Below are positions 29,168 through 40,435 of a stretch of DNA of 64,000 nt, one piece after another. Origin of the DNA: an uncultured Prevotellaceae bacterium (GTDB lineage: Bacteria; Bacteroidota; Bacteroidia; Bacteroidales; Bacteroidaceae); the NCBI GenBank assembly GCA_902784065.1, contig CACZTJ010000032.1, forward strand, positions 61 to 64,060, written 5' to 3'. The position numbers and the translations under genes are program-made. Below the pieces are notes generated by a model, which was not told the DNA's origin, ran no database searches, and saw only the letters and a program-made list of their open reading frames with translations. How positions within the stretch are numbered: the first letter of the stretch is position 1; the number at the start of each line of letters is the position of its first letter.

Positions 29168-29305
29168 AAATGCAAAATTATACAATAAATTTTAAACTTC
29201 AAATTTCTTTTGCAGATTTCTTTCTTTTTTTGAGCAATTTTTCCCGTTTTCTTCGTACCTTTGCACACGATATCAAGAAATCTATCAAACAACTAAATAA
29301 TTAAT

Positions 29306-32300
29306 ATGAAAAAAGAACTGAAAAAGGTGTTGGTGCTCGGATCGGGTGCCTTGAAAATCGGACAGGCCGGTGAGTTTGACTACTCAGGTTCACAGGCATT
29401 AAAGGCCCTTCGCGAAGAAGGCATCAAGAGCGTACTTGTTAACCCCAACATCGCAACCATTCAGACCAGTGAGGGTATTGCAGACAAGGTGTATTTCCAA
29501 CCCGTAAATACACACTTCGTAACCGAAATCATCAAGAAAGAGCGCCCCGACGGCATCCTGTTGGCATTCGGCGGACAGACCGCATTGAACTGTGGTACGG
29601 AGCTCTATCTGAACGGCACCTTAAAGGAATATGGTGTAGAGGTTTTGGGTACGAGTGTAGAGGCCATCATGAACACTGAGGATCGCGACCTCTTCGTGAA
29701 GAAGCTCGGTGAGGTGGATCTGAAGGTGCCTGTGAGCCACGCTGTAGAGTCGATGGAGGATGCCCTGAAGGCTGCTCACGAGATCGGTTTCCCGATCATG
29801 ATCCGTTCGGCTTACGCACTGGGTGGTCTCGGTTCTGGTATCTGCCCCGACGAGAAGCGATTCATCGAGTTGGCCGAGAGCGCCTTTACCTTTGCGCCGC
29901 AGATCCTTGTTGAGGAGAGTCTGAAGGGTTGGAAGGAGATTGAGTTTGAGTGCATCCGTGATGCCAACGACCGTTGCTTCACCGTTGCCTCGATGGAGAA
30001 CTTCGATCCTCTGGGTATCCATACGGGTGAGTCGATCGTGGTGGCTCCTACCTGTTCGCTGCGTGAGGAGCAAGTCAAGATGCTGCAGGAAATTACCATC
30101 AAATGTGTAAAGCATCTTGGCATCATAGGTGAGTGTAATATTCAGTTCGCATTCAACGCAGAGACCAACGACTATCGTATTATTGAGATCAACGCTCGCT
30201 TGAGCCGCAGTTCTGCTTTGGCTTCTAAGGCAACAGGTTATCCCCTCGCCTTCGTGGCTGCAAAGATCGCTCTCGGCTACACGCTCGATCAGATCGGTGA
30301 GATGGGTACCACCTCATCAGCCTACGTGGCTCCGCAGCTCGACTATATGATCTGTAAGATCCCCCGTTGGGACCTCACCAAGTTTGCTGGTGTGAGCCGT
30401 CAGATCGGCAGCTCGATGAAGTCGGTCGGTGAGATCATGAGTATCGGTCGTAGCTTCGAGGAGATGATACAGAAGGGTCTGCGTATGATCGGACAAGGGA
30501 TGCACGGCTTCGTGGGCAACGATCACACGAAGTTTGATAACCTCGACGAGGAGCTGGCTAACCCCACCGACCTGCGTATCTTCGCAATTGCACAGGCACT
30601 GGAAGAGGGTTATTCAGTTGAGCGTATCGAGGAGCTGACGAAGATCGATGTGTGGTTCCTGGAGCGTCTGAAGCACATTGTGGACCTGAAGCACGAGTTG
30701 CTGAAATACAACAAGCTGGAGGAGCTGCCCGACGAGCTGCTGCTGGAGGTGAAGCGTTGCGGCTTCAGCGATTTCCAGATCGCCCGCTTCGTACTGAAGC
30801 CCCAGGGTGGTAATATGGAGAAGGAGAATCTGGCCGTTCGTAAGTATCGTAAGCAGAAGGGTATCGTGCCTTCAGTGAAGCGCATCCCCACGGTGGCCTC
30901 AGAGCATCCCGAGCTGACCAACTACCTCTACTTCACCTATACCCATGTGCCTGCATTCGGCAATCCTCAGGGCGAGAAGTATCAGGCGGCTCACGACATT
31001 AATTATTATAATAATGAGAAGTCGGTCGTGGTGCTGGGTTCTGGTGCCTACCGTATCGGTTCGTCGGTAGAGTTCGACTGGTGTTCAGTGAACGCTATCA
31101 ATACGGCCCGTAAGCTGGGTTACAAGAGTATCATGATCAACTACAACCCTGAGACTGTATCGACCGACTATGATATGTGCGACCGTCTGTACTTCGATGA
31201 GCTGTCGCTGGAGCGTGTGCTCGATGTAATTGAGTTGGAGTCACCACGCGGTGTGATCGTCTCTGTAGGTGGTCAGATTCCTAACAACCTCGCTATGAAG
31301 CTCTATCGTCAGGGTGTGCCCGTATTGGGAACCAGTCCTGTAGATATCGACCGCGCAGAGAATCGCGACAAGTTCTCAGCCATGCTCGATAAGCTGGGTA
31401 TCGACCAGCCTTCTTGGCAGGCGCTCACCAGCTTCGACGATGTGAAGGAGTTTGTAGATAAGGTGGGCTATCCTGTTCTGGTGCGTCCTTCTTACGTGCT
31501 CTCTGGTGCTGCAATGAACGTGTGCTACGACGAAGAGGAGCTGCAGCGCTTCCTGAATATGGCCACTGAGGTGAGCAAGGAATTCCCCGTGGTTGTCTCT
31601 AAGTTTATGACTGAGACCAAGGAGATTGAGTTCGACGCTGTGGCTGATAAGGGCGAGGTGATCGAGTATGCTATCTCTGAGCATGTGGAGTATGCTGGTG
31701 TACACTCGGGTGATGCCACAATGGTGTTCCCAGCACAGCACATCTACTTCTCTACCATCCGTCAGATCAAGAAGATTGCCTATAAGATTGCTGCTGAGCT
31801 GAACATCAGTGGTCCGTTCAATATCCAGTTCCTGGCAAAGAACCGTGAGGTGAAGGTCATCGAGTGTAACCTGCGCGCCTCTCGTTCGTTCCCCTTCGTA
31901 TCGAAGATCCTGAAGCGTAACTTCATTGAGACCGCTACGAAGATCATGCTGGATGCACCTTATCAGAAGCCCGAGAAGAGCGAGTTCGACATCGACCGCA
32001 TCGGTGTGAAGGCTTCTCAGTTCTCATTCGCTCGTCTGCAGAATGCCGACCCAGTGCTGGGTGTAGATATGAGCTCTACAGGTGAGGTGGGTTGTCTGGG
32101 TGACGACCTGAACGAGGCACTGCTGAATTCTCTGATTGCTACAGGCTACTCGATTCCTAAGGATGCCGTACTGATCTCATCTGGTGGCGCCAAGGGTAAG
32201 GTGAGTCTGCTGGAGCCCGCTCAGCAGTTGGCCAAGAAAGGTTACACCATCTACGCAACTGCCGGAACAGCTAAGTTCTTCAACGATAATGGTGTGAAGG

Positions 32301-32566
32301 CAGTAGCTGTAGCTTGGCCTGATGAGGATGGTGACAACAACGTGATGGATCTGATCTCACAGCATAAGGTGGGTCTGGTGATCAATGTGCCGAAGAATCA
32401 CACCAGTCGTGAGTTGACTAATGGTTACAAGATCCGTCGTGGTGCCATCGATCATAACATTCCTCTGATGACAAACGTTCGTCTGGCGAAGGCTTTCATC
32501 GAGGCATTCACCGCTATGAGTCTCGACGATGTGAAGATCAAGAGCTGGCAGGAGTATAATAACTAA
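29306..32566 (+). CDS. carB: Carbamoyl-phosphate synthase large subunit
   Basis: IGQAGEFDYSG, duplicated ATP-grasp domains, MGS domain. Confidence 0.97.
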   Translation: MKKELKKVLVLGSGALKIGQAGEFDYSGSQALKALREEGIKSVLVNPNIATIQTSEGIADKVYFQPVNTHFVTEIIKKERPDGILLAFGGQTALNCGTELYLNGTLKEYGVEVLGTSVEAIMNTEDRDLFVKKLGEVDLKVPVSHAVESMEDALKAAHEIGFPIMIRSAYALGGLGSGICPDEKRFIELAESAFTFAPQILVEESLKGWKEIEFECIRDANDRCFTVASMENFDPLGIHTGESIVVAPTCSLREEQVKMLQEITIKCVKHLGIIGECNIQFAFNAETNDYRIIEINARLSRSSALASKATGYPLAFVAAKIALGYTLDQIGEMGTTSSAYVAPQLDYMICKIPRWDLTKFAGVSRQIGSSMKSVGEIMSIGRSFEEMIQKGLRMIGQGMHGFVGNDHTKFDNLDEELANPTDLRIFAIAQALEEGYSVERIEELTKIDVWFLERLKHIVDLKHELLKYNKLEELPDELLLEVKRCGFSDFQIARFVLKPQGGNMEKENLAVRKYRKQKGIVPSVKRIPTVASEHPELTNYLYFTYTHVPAFGNPQGEKYQAAHDINYYNNEKSVVVLGSGAYRIGSSVEFDWCSVNAINTARKLGYKSIMINYNPETVSTDYDMCDRLYFDELSLERVLDVIELESPRGVIVSVGGQIPNNLAMKLYRQGVPVLGTSPVDIDRAENRDKFSAMLDKLGIDQPSWQALTSFDDVKEFVDKVGYPVLVRPSYVLSGAAMNVCYDEEELQRFLNMATEVSKEFPVVVSKFMTETKEIEFDAVADKGEVIEYAISEHVEYAGVHSGDATMVFPAQHIYFSTIRQIKKIAYKIAAELNISGPFNIQFLAKNREVKVIECNLRASRSFPFVSKILKRNFIETATKIMLDAPYQKPEKSEFDIDRIGVKASQFSFARLQNADPVLGVDMSSTGEVGCLGDDLNEALLNSLIATGYSIPKDAVLISSGGAKGKVSLLEPAQQLAKKGYTIYATAGTAKFFNDNGVKAVAVAWPDEDGDNNVMDLISQHKVGLVINVPKNHTSRELTNGYKIRRGAIDHNIPLMTNVRLAKAFIEAFTAMSLDDVKIKSWQEYNN

Positions 32567-32570
32567 TAAT

Positions 32571-32628
32571 TGTCATCTCGACCAAGCGAAGTGCGTGGAG
32601 AGATCTCTCGATTACGCTCGAGATGACA
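32571..32628. repeat. REP-like hairpin
   Basis: TGTCATCTCGACC...CTCGAGATGACA. Confidence 0.85.
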
Positions 32629-32644
32629 CTTTGGAATTTGAGAT

Positions 32645-33232
32645 TTGATTAACGACGAATATCGCACAATAAAGACCGGAGGCGAGGGCTACTACACCGA
32701 AAAGCGTAGCAAGTTCCTCGCCTTCGCTCATCATGTATCAACCGTTGAGGAGATCAAGGAACTGTTGGCCGGATATCGGAAGAAATACTACGATGCACGT
32801 CATGTGTGCTATGCCTATATGCTAGGCCCTGAACGCACAGACTTCAGGGCTAACGATGATGGCGAACCCTCATCGACTGCAGGTAAGCCGATACTCGGAC
32901 AAATCAACTCCAACGAGTTGACAGACATCCTGATTGTGGTGGTGCGCTATTATGGTGGCGTGAATCTCGGCACCAGCGGACTGATTGTGGCTTATCGCGA
33001 AGCTGCTGCCGATGCAATTGCCCATTGTGAGATAGAAACACGCCAAGTGGAGGAAGTGATCACCTACACCTTCGCCTACCCCATGATGAACGATGTGATG
33101 CGTATCGTGAAGGAGATGCAGCCTCGTATCATCTCGCAGACTTATGACAACACCTGCGAGATAAAATTAAGCATCCGGAAGAGCGAAGCGGAACAATTGA
33201 GAAACCGCTTGGAGAAACTTTCTTTTGATTAA
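32645..33232 (+). CDS. yigZ: YigZ/IMPACT family protein
   Basis: EKRSKF, DDGEPSSTAGKPI, VVRYYGGVNLGTSGL. Confidence 0.92.
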   Translation: MINDEYRTIKTGGEGYYTEKRSKFLAFAHHVSTVEEIKELLAGYRKKYYDARHVCYAYMLGPERTDFRANDDGEPSSTAGKPILGQINSNELTDILIVVVRYYGGVNLGTSGLIVAYREAAADAIAHCEIETRQVEEVITYTFAYPMMNDVMRIVKEMQPRIISQTYDNTCEIKLSIRKSEAEQLRNRLEKLSFD

Positions 33233-33332
33233 ATTTTGTAAGTTTCCAGGAATTCTTTTGGTAGTATCGGGATTTTGTATTACCTTTGCATTCGCTTAAA
33301 GGAAAGGTTAAACAAGAAGGTTAAGTTTAATC

Positions 33333-33420
33333 GGAAGGTTGGCAGAGTGAACGATCGCGCTGGACTCGAAATCCGGTATACCCTTTTCGGGTATCGGGGG
33401 TTTGAATCCCTCACCTTCCG
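33333..33420 (+). tRNA. tRNA-Ser(CGA)
   Basis: GGAAGGT/ACCTTCC acceptor stem, anticodon loop CT-CGA-AA, long variable arm, GTTTGAATC T-loop; terminator 33457-33485. Confidence 0.92.
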
Positions 33421-33506
33421 CTCAGAATAGTTTATAATAATGATTAATACTAAAAGAGGCTCGTCGTGATGACGGGCCCCTTTTCATATCGCTATCTTAT
33501 GAATCC

Positions 33507-34919
33507 TTATTTGATAGCACCAGCAATGATCTCAGCCATCTTGGCTGCTCCCTTCTCATTGGGATGGATGCCATCGGGAATTACCAGCTCTTCGTCGTTA
33601 GCCATCAATGTGTGCAAATCGATAACCTTTAAGCCATGCTTACGAGCCACCTCCTGCTGAATGGGAATGATATCATTGACGATGATTGAATCGTTGATGT
33701 TCCAAGATTTCTTGAAAGCAGGAATCGGTGTGCAGAGAATAATCTTTGCCTTACCGAGAGACTTGATCATCTGCTCCAGATCCTTCTTGAACTCAGACAT
33801 ATGTACCCAGTTATGAGGTTTGGTGTCGTTGGTACCTAACTTGATCACCACAATATCGGGATTGAAAGCAAGTGCATCACGCCAAGCCATCTCCTTCATA
33901 TAGGGCATATCACCGTTATTCAACATCGTGCGACCGCTCACACCGAAGTTCTTTACCCAGTAGTCGCTGCCCAGAGCCTTCTGCAACATAGCAGGATAAC
34001 CATACTGAGTAGCCATATCGATACCGAATCCATCGGTGATGCTATTGCCAATACATGCTACACGGATCGCATCAGGCTTGGGAGCCTGAAGGTTCTTCAG
34101 CCAGTTGCCAAGATCTTCGAGCAACAGGTCGTGATACTTGAACCAAGGTCCGAAACCGAAACCATGATCACCCGTAGGATAAACGTGCATCGTACATTCG
34201 TTACCAGCATTACGCATAGCCTTATAGTATTCCAAACCGTTGGTGACGAAAGGAACGAGACGATCATCGTTAGCTGTCACGATGATAGCTGGAGGCGTGA
34301 GATGACGCTGAACAGCATTCTGTGTAGAATACTGACGCACGAGCTCAGGATCATTATGTCCCTCTTCACCCAAGAAGTTGATGCATGACCACTTGTGAGA
34401 CACACGTTCATCCATCGAGATAACGGGATAGAACAAGATCGTAAAGTCTGGTCGCACATCAAAGTCAGAAAGCGTAGAGATCACAGAAGACAGATGACCG
34501 CCAGCAGAGAAGCCCATGATTCCTACATCGTGAGGATTGATGCCCCATACGGCAGCTGAATCACGAACGATGCGGATACCCTTCTGAACATCACCTATCG
34601 GCAGAGAGCGATCGCCATTCGGCAACCGATAGTTCACCACGAAATAGGCAATACCCTGCTTGTTGAGCCAGTCGGAAGCGAGATAGCCCTCATGTCCATT
34701 AGAGAGTACAGAGTAACCACCTCCAGGTACACCTACAATAGCTCTTCCTGATGGCGTCACAGGAAGGAAGCACACCATCTGTGCCTTCCCGTCGTCAGTC
34801 AGATTGAGGGTAAATTTCCTCGCAGTCACTTCCGAGTTCACAGACTCGGCTACCTGTGGCCATTGTGCCTGAGCCGTTAATCCCAGCAGCAACAGGCCGA
34901 TAAACATCAATCTCTTCAT
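33507..34919 (-). CDS. Bifunctional esterase: alpha/beta hydrolase + SGNH/GDSL domain (acetyl xylan esterase-like)
   Basis: PGGGY, GFSAGG, HGFG; GNSIT, GTND, DGIHPN. Confidence 0.85.
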   Translation of the reverse strand: MKRLMFIGLLLLGLTAQAQWPQVAESVNSEVTARKFTLNLTDDGKAQMVCFLPVTPSGRAIVGVPGGGYSVLSNGHEGYLASDWLNKQGIAYFVVNYRLPNGDRSLPIGDVQKGIRIVRDSAAVWGINPHDVGIMGFSAGGHLSSVISTLSDFDVRPDFTILFYPVISMDERVSHKWSCINFLGEEGHNDPELVRQYSTQNAVQRHLTPPAIIVTANDDRLVPFVTNGLEYYKAMRNAGNECTMHVYPTGDHGFGFGPWFKYHDLLLEDLGNWLKNLQAPKPDAIRVACIGNSITDGFGIDMATQYGYPAMLQKALGSDYWVKNFGVSGRTMLNNGDMPYMKEMAWRDALAFNPDIVVIKLGTNDTKPHNWVHMSEFKKDLEQMIKSLGKAKIILCTPIPAFKKSWNINDSIIVNDIIPIQQEVARKHGLKVIDLHTLMANDEELVIPDGIHPNEKGAAKMAEIIAGAIK

Positions 34920-34945
34920 AGTTGCTCGTTAGTTAAAATTATGTG

Positions 34946-36193
34946 TTAGCTAAGTTTGTGAATCACCAGACCGGAACGAAGCTTTGGCTCGAACCAAGTA
35001 GCCTTAGGCGGCATGATCTTTCCGCTATCGGCAATGTCCATAATCTGTTGCATAGAAACGGGATAGAGTGCTAAGGCAGCACGCATCTCTCCTGAATCGA
35101 CACGACGCTTGAGTTCGCCCAAACCACGCAGACCACCAACAAAGTCGATGCGCTGTGAAGAACGGAGATCACCAATATTCAAGATCTCATCAAGAATCAG
35201 ACGACTGGAGATATCTACATCAAGCACACCAATAGGATCGCTGTTGTCGTAAGTTCCCTCCTTAGCCTTCAGACTGAACCAATGCTGATCGAGATAGAGT
35301 GAAAACTCATGAAGCTGCTGGGGCTTGTAGATCTCAGTGCCTTTATCCTCAACGATGAAGTTTACCTGAAGGGCTGCAAGGAACTCCTCAGGACTCATAC
35401 CGTTGAGATCCTTCACCACACGGTTGTAGTCGAGAATGGTCAACTGTGAAGCCTGGAAGCAAACAGCCATGAAGAAGTTGTACTCTTCGTCGCCCTTATG
35501 GTTGGGATTCTGCTTCTGCTTTTCCGCACCTACGAGCGCTGCAGCAGCAGAACGATGATGACCGTCGGCAATATACATAGACGGCATCTTGGCAAACTCA
35601 TCGGTGATGGTTTGCATATCGGCTGCATCAGAGATCACCCAGAACTGATGACGGAAGCCATCGATGGGAGCAATGAAATCGTATTCAGGTTTCGTAGCAG
35701 CATAACGCATGATCAGTGCATTGAGCACGCTGTTGTCGGGATAAGCGAAGAACACGGGCTCGATGTTGGCATTGTTCACACGAACATGCTTCATACGATC
35801 CTCCTCCTTATCGCGACGCGTGAGCTCATGCTTCTTGATGCGACCAGCCATATAGTCATCTGTATGAGCACATACCACAAGACCATATTGAGTCTTGCCG
35901 TTCATCGTTTGTGCATAGATATAATAATGATCCTGTGAATCCTGTATCAGCCAACCCTTATCCTGGAACTTCTGGAAGTTCTCAGCAGCTTTCTCATACA
36001 CACGAGGATCATACTCTGATGTCCCAACAGGGAAATCAATTTCCGGCTTGATGATATGGTAGAGGCTCATCTCGTTGTCGCCAGCCTCAGCCCTTGCCTC
36101 TTCACTATCGAGCACATCGTAAGGACGGCTCTCTACTTTCTCCACCAAGTCTCTTGGCGGACGAATTCCTTTAAACGGTTTAACTATTGCCAT
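34946..36193 (-). CDS. DUF1015 family protein
   Basis: PYDV, IKKHELT, YIADGHHR, MPPKATWFEPKLRSGL. Confidence 0.92.
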   Translation of the reverse strand: MAIVKPFKGIRPPRDLVEKVESRPYDVLDSEEARAEAGDNEMSLYHIIKPEIDFPVGTSEYDPRVYEKAAENFQKFQDKGWLIQDSQDHYYIYAQTMNGKTQYGLVVCAHTDDYMAGRIKKHELTRRDKEEDRMKHVRVNNANIEPVFFAYPDNSVLNALIMRYAATKPEYDFIAPIDGFRHQFWVISDAADMQTITDEFAKMPSMYIADGHHRSAAAALVGAEKQKQNPNHKGDEEYNFFMAVCFQASQLTILDYNRVVKDLNGMSPEEFLAALQVNFIVEDKGTEIYKPQQLHEFSLYLDQHWFSLKAKEGTYDNSDPIGVLDVDISSRLILDEILNIGDLRSSQRIDFVGGLRGLGELKRRVDSGEMRAALALYPVSMQQIMDIADSGKIMPPKATWFEPKLRSGLVIHKLS

Positions 36194-36194
36194 T

Positions 36195-36620
36195 TTATAA
36201 ATACTCTTTAATCTTAGAAATCATATCAGCATATTCTGCATCCGTCAGATACACCTTGCCCGGATTCATCTGGAACGTGCCACCATAGTCAGGCCCATCA
36301 ACATACTTCGGAGCCAGATGGAAATGAAGATGTGAAAGCTTGTCACTATAGGCGCCATAGTTGATCTTCTCCGGATTGAAGGCCTTCTGCATAGCACGGG
36401 TCACACGAACCACATCAGCCATAAAGGCATTGCGGTCTTCATCTGAAAGCTCATTCAGATCGTTCACATGATCCTTATAAGCCACAAGGCATCGGCCGTG
36501 ATAAGTCTGCTCTTTAAAAAGGAAAGCACGAGATACTGACAGTTCACATATCTCAATCATCAGATCGTGAAGGGTCTGATTGTTGGTGCAGTATAGGCAC
36601 TGCTTGGGATCACTTTGCAT
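36195..36620 (-). CDS. HIT family protein
   Basis: HLHFHL motif; N-terminal CLYC. Confidence 0.9.
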   Translation of the reverse strand: MQSDPKQCLYCTNNQTLHDLMIEICELSVSRAFLFKEQTYHGRCLVAYKDHVNDLNELSDEDRNAFMADVVRVTRAMQKAFNPEKINYGAYSDKLSHLHFHLAPKYVDGPDYGGTFQMNPGKVYLTDAEYADMISKIKEYL

Positions 36621-36766
36621 AATACTTGGTTTTAAAGTTTCTTATATATAATTAGGTGCAAAATTAAGCAAATTCTTCCGATTCTCAAAATCTTTCTGAT
36701 ATAATTTGCTCAGCTCAGAAATAAATTGTACTTTTGCAACTAAATGGAAACTGAAAACTTTAAGAT

Positions 36767-38402
36767 ATGAAGAAAGTATTGTTATTTGTTTGCACCCTGT
36801 TGATGTCTTCTACGTCATGGGCTGCAAGTTTTGAGAATGCCAAAGATGCTGTCACGAACATGGGGGTGGGCTGGAACTTGGGTAATACCCTTGATGCCAA
36901 TGATGCATCCAAGACATGGAAAACAACGGCAGAACACGAAACCTGCTGGGGACAGCCAGTCACGAAACCAGAATTAATCAAGATGATGAAGGAGGCTGGC
37001 TTTGGAACCATCCGTGTCCCAGTAACCTGGTATCAGGAGATGGATGCGAACGGAAAGGTTAACGATGCCTGGATGAAACGTGTAAAAGAAGTGGTTGACT
37101 ATGTCATCGACAACGACATGTATTGTATCCTGAATGTGCATCACGATACTGGTGCTGACAGCAATACCTTCAAGTCGTGGCTTAAGGCATCTGGCAATAG
37201 CTTCAAAGCCAACCAAGAGAAATACGAATATCTGTGGAAACAGATTGCCGAGACATTCAAGGACTATGATCAGAAGCTGATTTTCGAAGCATACAACGAG
37301 ATGCTGGATGAGAAGAGCACCTGGAACGAGCCCGTTAATAAGACGGATGGCTATAAGGCTATCAATGACTATGCCAAGAGTTTCGTTACAACTGTTCGTA
37401 ATACAGGCGGCAATAATAAGGACCGTAACCTGATCGTTAACACCTATTCTGCCAGTAGCACTCCTGACGCCATGAAAAATCTGGATAAGCCCGAAGAGAG
37501 CAATCATATCATATTCCAGATTCACAGCTATCCTAACTGGCAGAGTAAAAGTAATGCCAAAAATGAAATCCAACCTGCTGAACAGGGCGCCTGTGATCAT
37601 TGGAGAATATGCCACTTTTACCACATGGCCTTCCAATATTGACTATTACAGTACTGATCGCGAAGTTGCACTCTATGCGATGGACTATTTAATCAAGGAG
37701 ACAAAGAATGCTGGTATCGCCACCTGCTACTGGATGGGAATGTCAGATGGTGCAAACCGTACTCTACCCGTTTTCCATCAGGCAGATCTTGCCCAGACGC
37801 TCATCAAAGCCTACTATGGCAGTACCGACGGGTATAAATATCCCACAATCGATGATTTTGATATTGTGTATGATATCACCTATAATGACCAATGGAGTGA
37901 GCTTTTCCTCTATGGCAATTGGGCAGATAATGTACCCACCCTCAGTTTGAGCGAATATAAGGGTATTCGTGTTGAAATGGATGATGACTATTCGAGCACG
38001 TTACAGATCAAAACCTATAGTGACAAAAGCGGTGAAACTTTTAAAGAAGCCAATATGAATCTGACAGCCGGCTCAAAAACCACCACCATAGACTTCGACG
38101 CTTCTGAAGTTGGCTCCAAGATCTATCGCATCACTCTCCAAGCTGTGGATAGCAATAAGAAAGCCAAACTCATCAAGGTAACACTAATCAAAACTGATGG
38201 TACAGAAGTGCCAGGAGTTATCGAGGCAGCTTGGGGTTGTACTTACGAAATGGAGGCAACACCGAAGCCTTCTGGCATCCGTTCTATCCCCATGAATATA
38301 GTTAAAGGTGATGGCGCCATCTATAATCTCAGTGGACAGCGTGTCCAGAAACCTCAGAAAGGTCTCTATATCCAAGACGGTAAAGTTTACGTAGCCAAAT
38401 AA
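36767..38402 (+). CDS. GH5 endoglucanase-like enzyme with T9SS-type C-terminal tail, frameshifted at ~37568
   Basis: GWNLGNTLD, IRVPVTW, NVHHD, YNEM (acid/base) in frame 1; IIGEY (nucleophile) and IYNLSGQRV...GLYIQDGK in frame 2. Confidence 0.85.
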
Positions 38403-38405
38403 AAG

Positions 38406-38430
38406 AAAGCCTCCCGATTGGGAGGCTTTT
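38406..38430. terminator. Bidirectional intrinsic terminator
   Basis: AAAGCCTCCC-GATT-GGGAGGCTTTT between convergent genes. Confidence 0.85.
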
Positions 38431-38461
38431 CTCTTTTATTCAACTATTATAATTTTCTGGC

Positions 38462-39379
38462 TTACTTGTTCACCTGGAACTTCGTATCACCATCCTTAAA
38501 GAAGGCATTGATCTGCTTGGCAGCAGCGATACCGGCATTGATGTTGGCCTCAGCTGTCTGAGCACCCATCTTCTTCGGTGTTGAGAAGTAACGACCCTCG
38601 AACTTCAGGAACTCATCGTTGGCATCGGGCATGATGTCGGTCACGAACTTCAGATCCTCACGATCAGTCATCAGCTTAATCAGCTCAGGCTCATTGATCA
38701 CTTCCTTACGGGCTGTATTCACGAGGACACCACCCTTCTTCAACTTACAAACCAATGCATAGTTGATGCTCTGCTTGGTCTCAGGCGTAGCTGGGATATG
38801 CAATGAAACAACATCACACATCTCGAAGAGTGCATCCTGACAACATACTGCATGAACGCCAGCCTTCTCGATCACCTCTGCAGGACAGAATGCATCGTAA
38901 GCATAAACCTCCATACCAAAGCCCTTTGCAATGCGAGCCACATTACGACCTACATTACCGAAAGCCAAGATACCCAGTTTCTTGCCCAGCAGCTCTGAAC
39001 CGCTCTTACCATTATAGAAACCACGAACAGCCATCACCAGCAGACCGAATACGAGCTCTGCTACAGCATTAGCGTTCTGACCTGGGGTATTCTCAGCAAC
39101 TACGTTGTGAGCAGTAGCAGCAGCGAGGTCGATATTATCGTAACCTGCACCTGCACGAACCACAATCTTCAACTGCTTGGCAGCATCGAGCACCTCAGCA
39201 TCCACCTTATCCGAACGGATAATCATAGCGTCGGCATCCTTCACTGCATCCAGCAACTGAGCTTTCTCTGTATATTTCTCGAGCAGCACGAGCTCATTGC
39301 CTGCTCCCTCAATCTCTGCCTTGATACCATTCACAGCGGCAGCTGCGAAAGGTTTCTCTGTTGCAACTAATACTTTCAT
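38462..39379 (-). CDS. serA: D-3-phosphoglycerate dehydrogenase
   Basis: RAGAGYDNID, NTPGQNANAVAE, NTAR; follows serC. Confidence 0.88.
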   Translation of the reverse strand: MKVLVATEKPFAAAAVNGIKAEIEGAGNELVLLEKYTEKAQLLDAVKDADAMIIRSDKVDAEVLDAAKQLKIVVRAGAGYDNIDLAAATAHNVVAENTPGQNANAVAELVFGLLVMAVRGFYNGKSGSELLGKKLGILAFGNVGRNVARIAKGFGMEVYAYDAFCPAEVIEKAGVHAVCCQDALFEMCDVVSLHIPATPETKQSINYALVCKLKKGGVLVNTARKEVINEPELIKLMTDREDLKFVTDIMPDANDEFLKFEGRYFSTPKKMGAQTAEANINAGIAAAKQINAFFKDGDTKFQVNK

Positions 39380-39394
39380 ATACCTAATTATATA

Positions 39395-40435
39395 TTAATG
39401 ATTAGCCTCAAATTCCTTCATGCAAGCTACGAGTGCATTGCAACCCTCGATGGTCTGAGCGTTATAGCAAGAAGCACGGAAACCACCAACTGAACGGTGA
39501 CCCTTCACACCAACCATACCCTTAGATACAGCGAAGTCGAGGAAGTCCTTCTCCAACTCCTTGTACTCAGGAGCCATCACAAAGCAGAGGTTCATCAGTG
39601 AACGATCCTCTTCCTTAGCGGTACCTACGAAGCACTTGTTGCGATCGATCTCACCATAGACGATCTCTGCACGCTGCTTAGCCAGCTTATCCATAGCCTC
39701 TACGCCACCGTTCTTCTTGATCCAACGAAGGGTCTCAAGAGCACTGTAGATGGGAACTACAGGAGGTGTATTGAACATAGAACCCTTATCTACGTGTGTG
39801 CGATAGTCGAGCATCGTAGGAATCTCACGAGGCGCTTTACCCAATTTCTCGTCCTTCAGGATGATGATAGTCACACCAGCCATAGCAAGGTTCTTCTGAG
39901 CACCAGCATAGATAGCATCATACTTAGCCACATCGATAGGACGGCTGAAGATATCTGATGACATATCGGCAATCAGAGGAACATTTACATCAAGGTCCTT
40001 GCGAATCTCTGTACCGTAAATCGTGTTATTAGTGGTGATGTGCAGATAGTCTGCATCTGCAGGAACTGTCCAATCCTTCGGGATGAAGGTGTAGTTGGCA
40101 TCGGCTGAAGAAGCCACCTCTACTACCTCACCAAAAAGCTTTGCTTCCTTCATAGCTTTCTTGGCCCAAACACCAGTGTTCAGGTAAGCAGCCTTCTTGA
40201 TCAGGAAGTTGTAAGGGATCATGCAGAACTCGAGACTGGCACCACCACCAAGGAAGATCACTGAGTAACCCTCGGGAACATCGAGCAGCTCCTTTACCAG
40301 AGCGACTGCCTCATCTACTACGGGCTGGAAATCTTTTGCACGGTGGCTGATCTCCATCAGAGAAAGACCAGAACCATTGAAATCAAGACACTGTTGAGCG
40401 GTCTTCTCAATCACCTCACGGGGAAGCATAGAGGG
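39395..40435 (-). CDS. serC: Phosphoserine aminotransferase; start codon and first ~9 codons missing
   Basis: [34 protein letters not shown]; homology begins at PSMLP with no NF.AG upstream. Confidence 0.92.
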   Translation of the reverse strand, partial: PSMLPREVIEKTAQQCLDFNGSGLSLMEISHRAKDFQPVVDEAVALVKELLDVPEGYSVIFLGGGASLEFCMIPYNFLIKKAAYLNTGVWAKKAMKEAKLFGEVVEVASSADANYTFIPKDWTVPADADYLHITTNNTIYGTEIRKDLDVNVPLIADMSSDIFSRPIDVAKYDAIYAGAQKNLAMAGVTIIILKDEKLGKAPREIPTMLDYRTHVDKGSMFNTPPVVPIYSALETLRWIKKNGGVEAMDKLAKQRAEIVYGEIDRNKCFVGTAKEEDRSLMNLCFVMAPEYKELEKDFLDFAVSKGMVGVKGHRSVGGFRASCYNAQTIEGCNALVACMKEFEANH

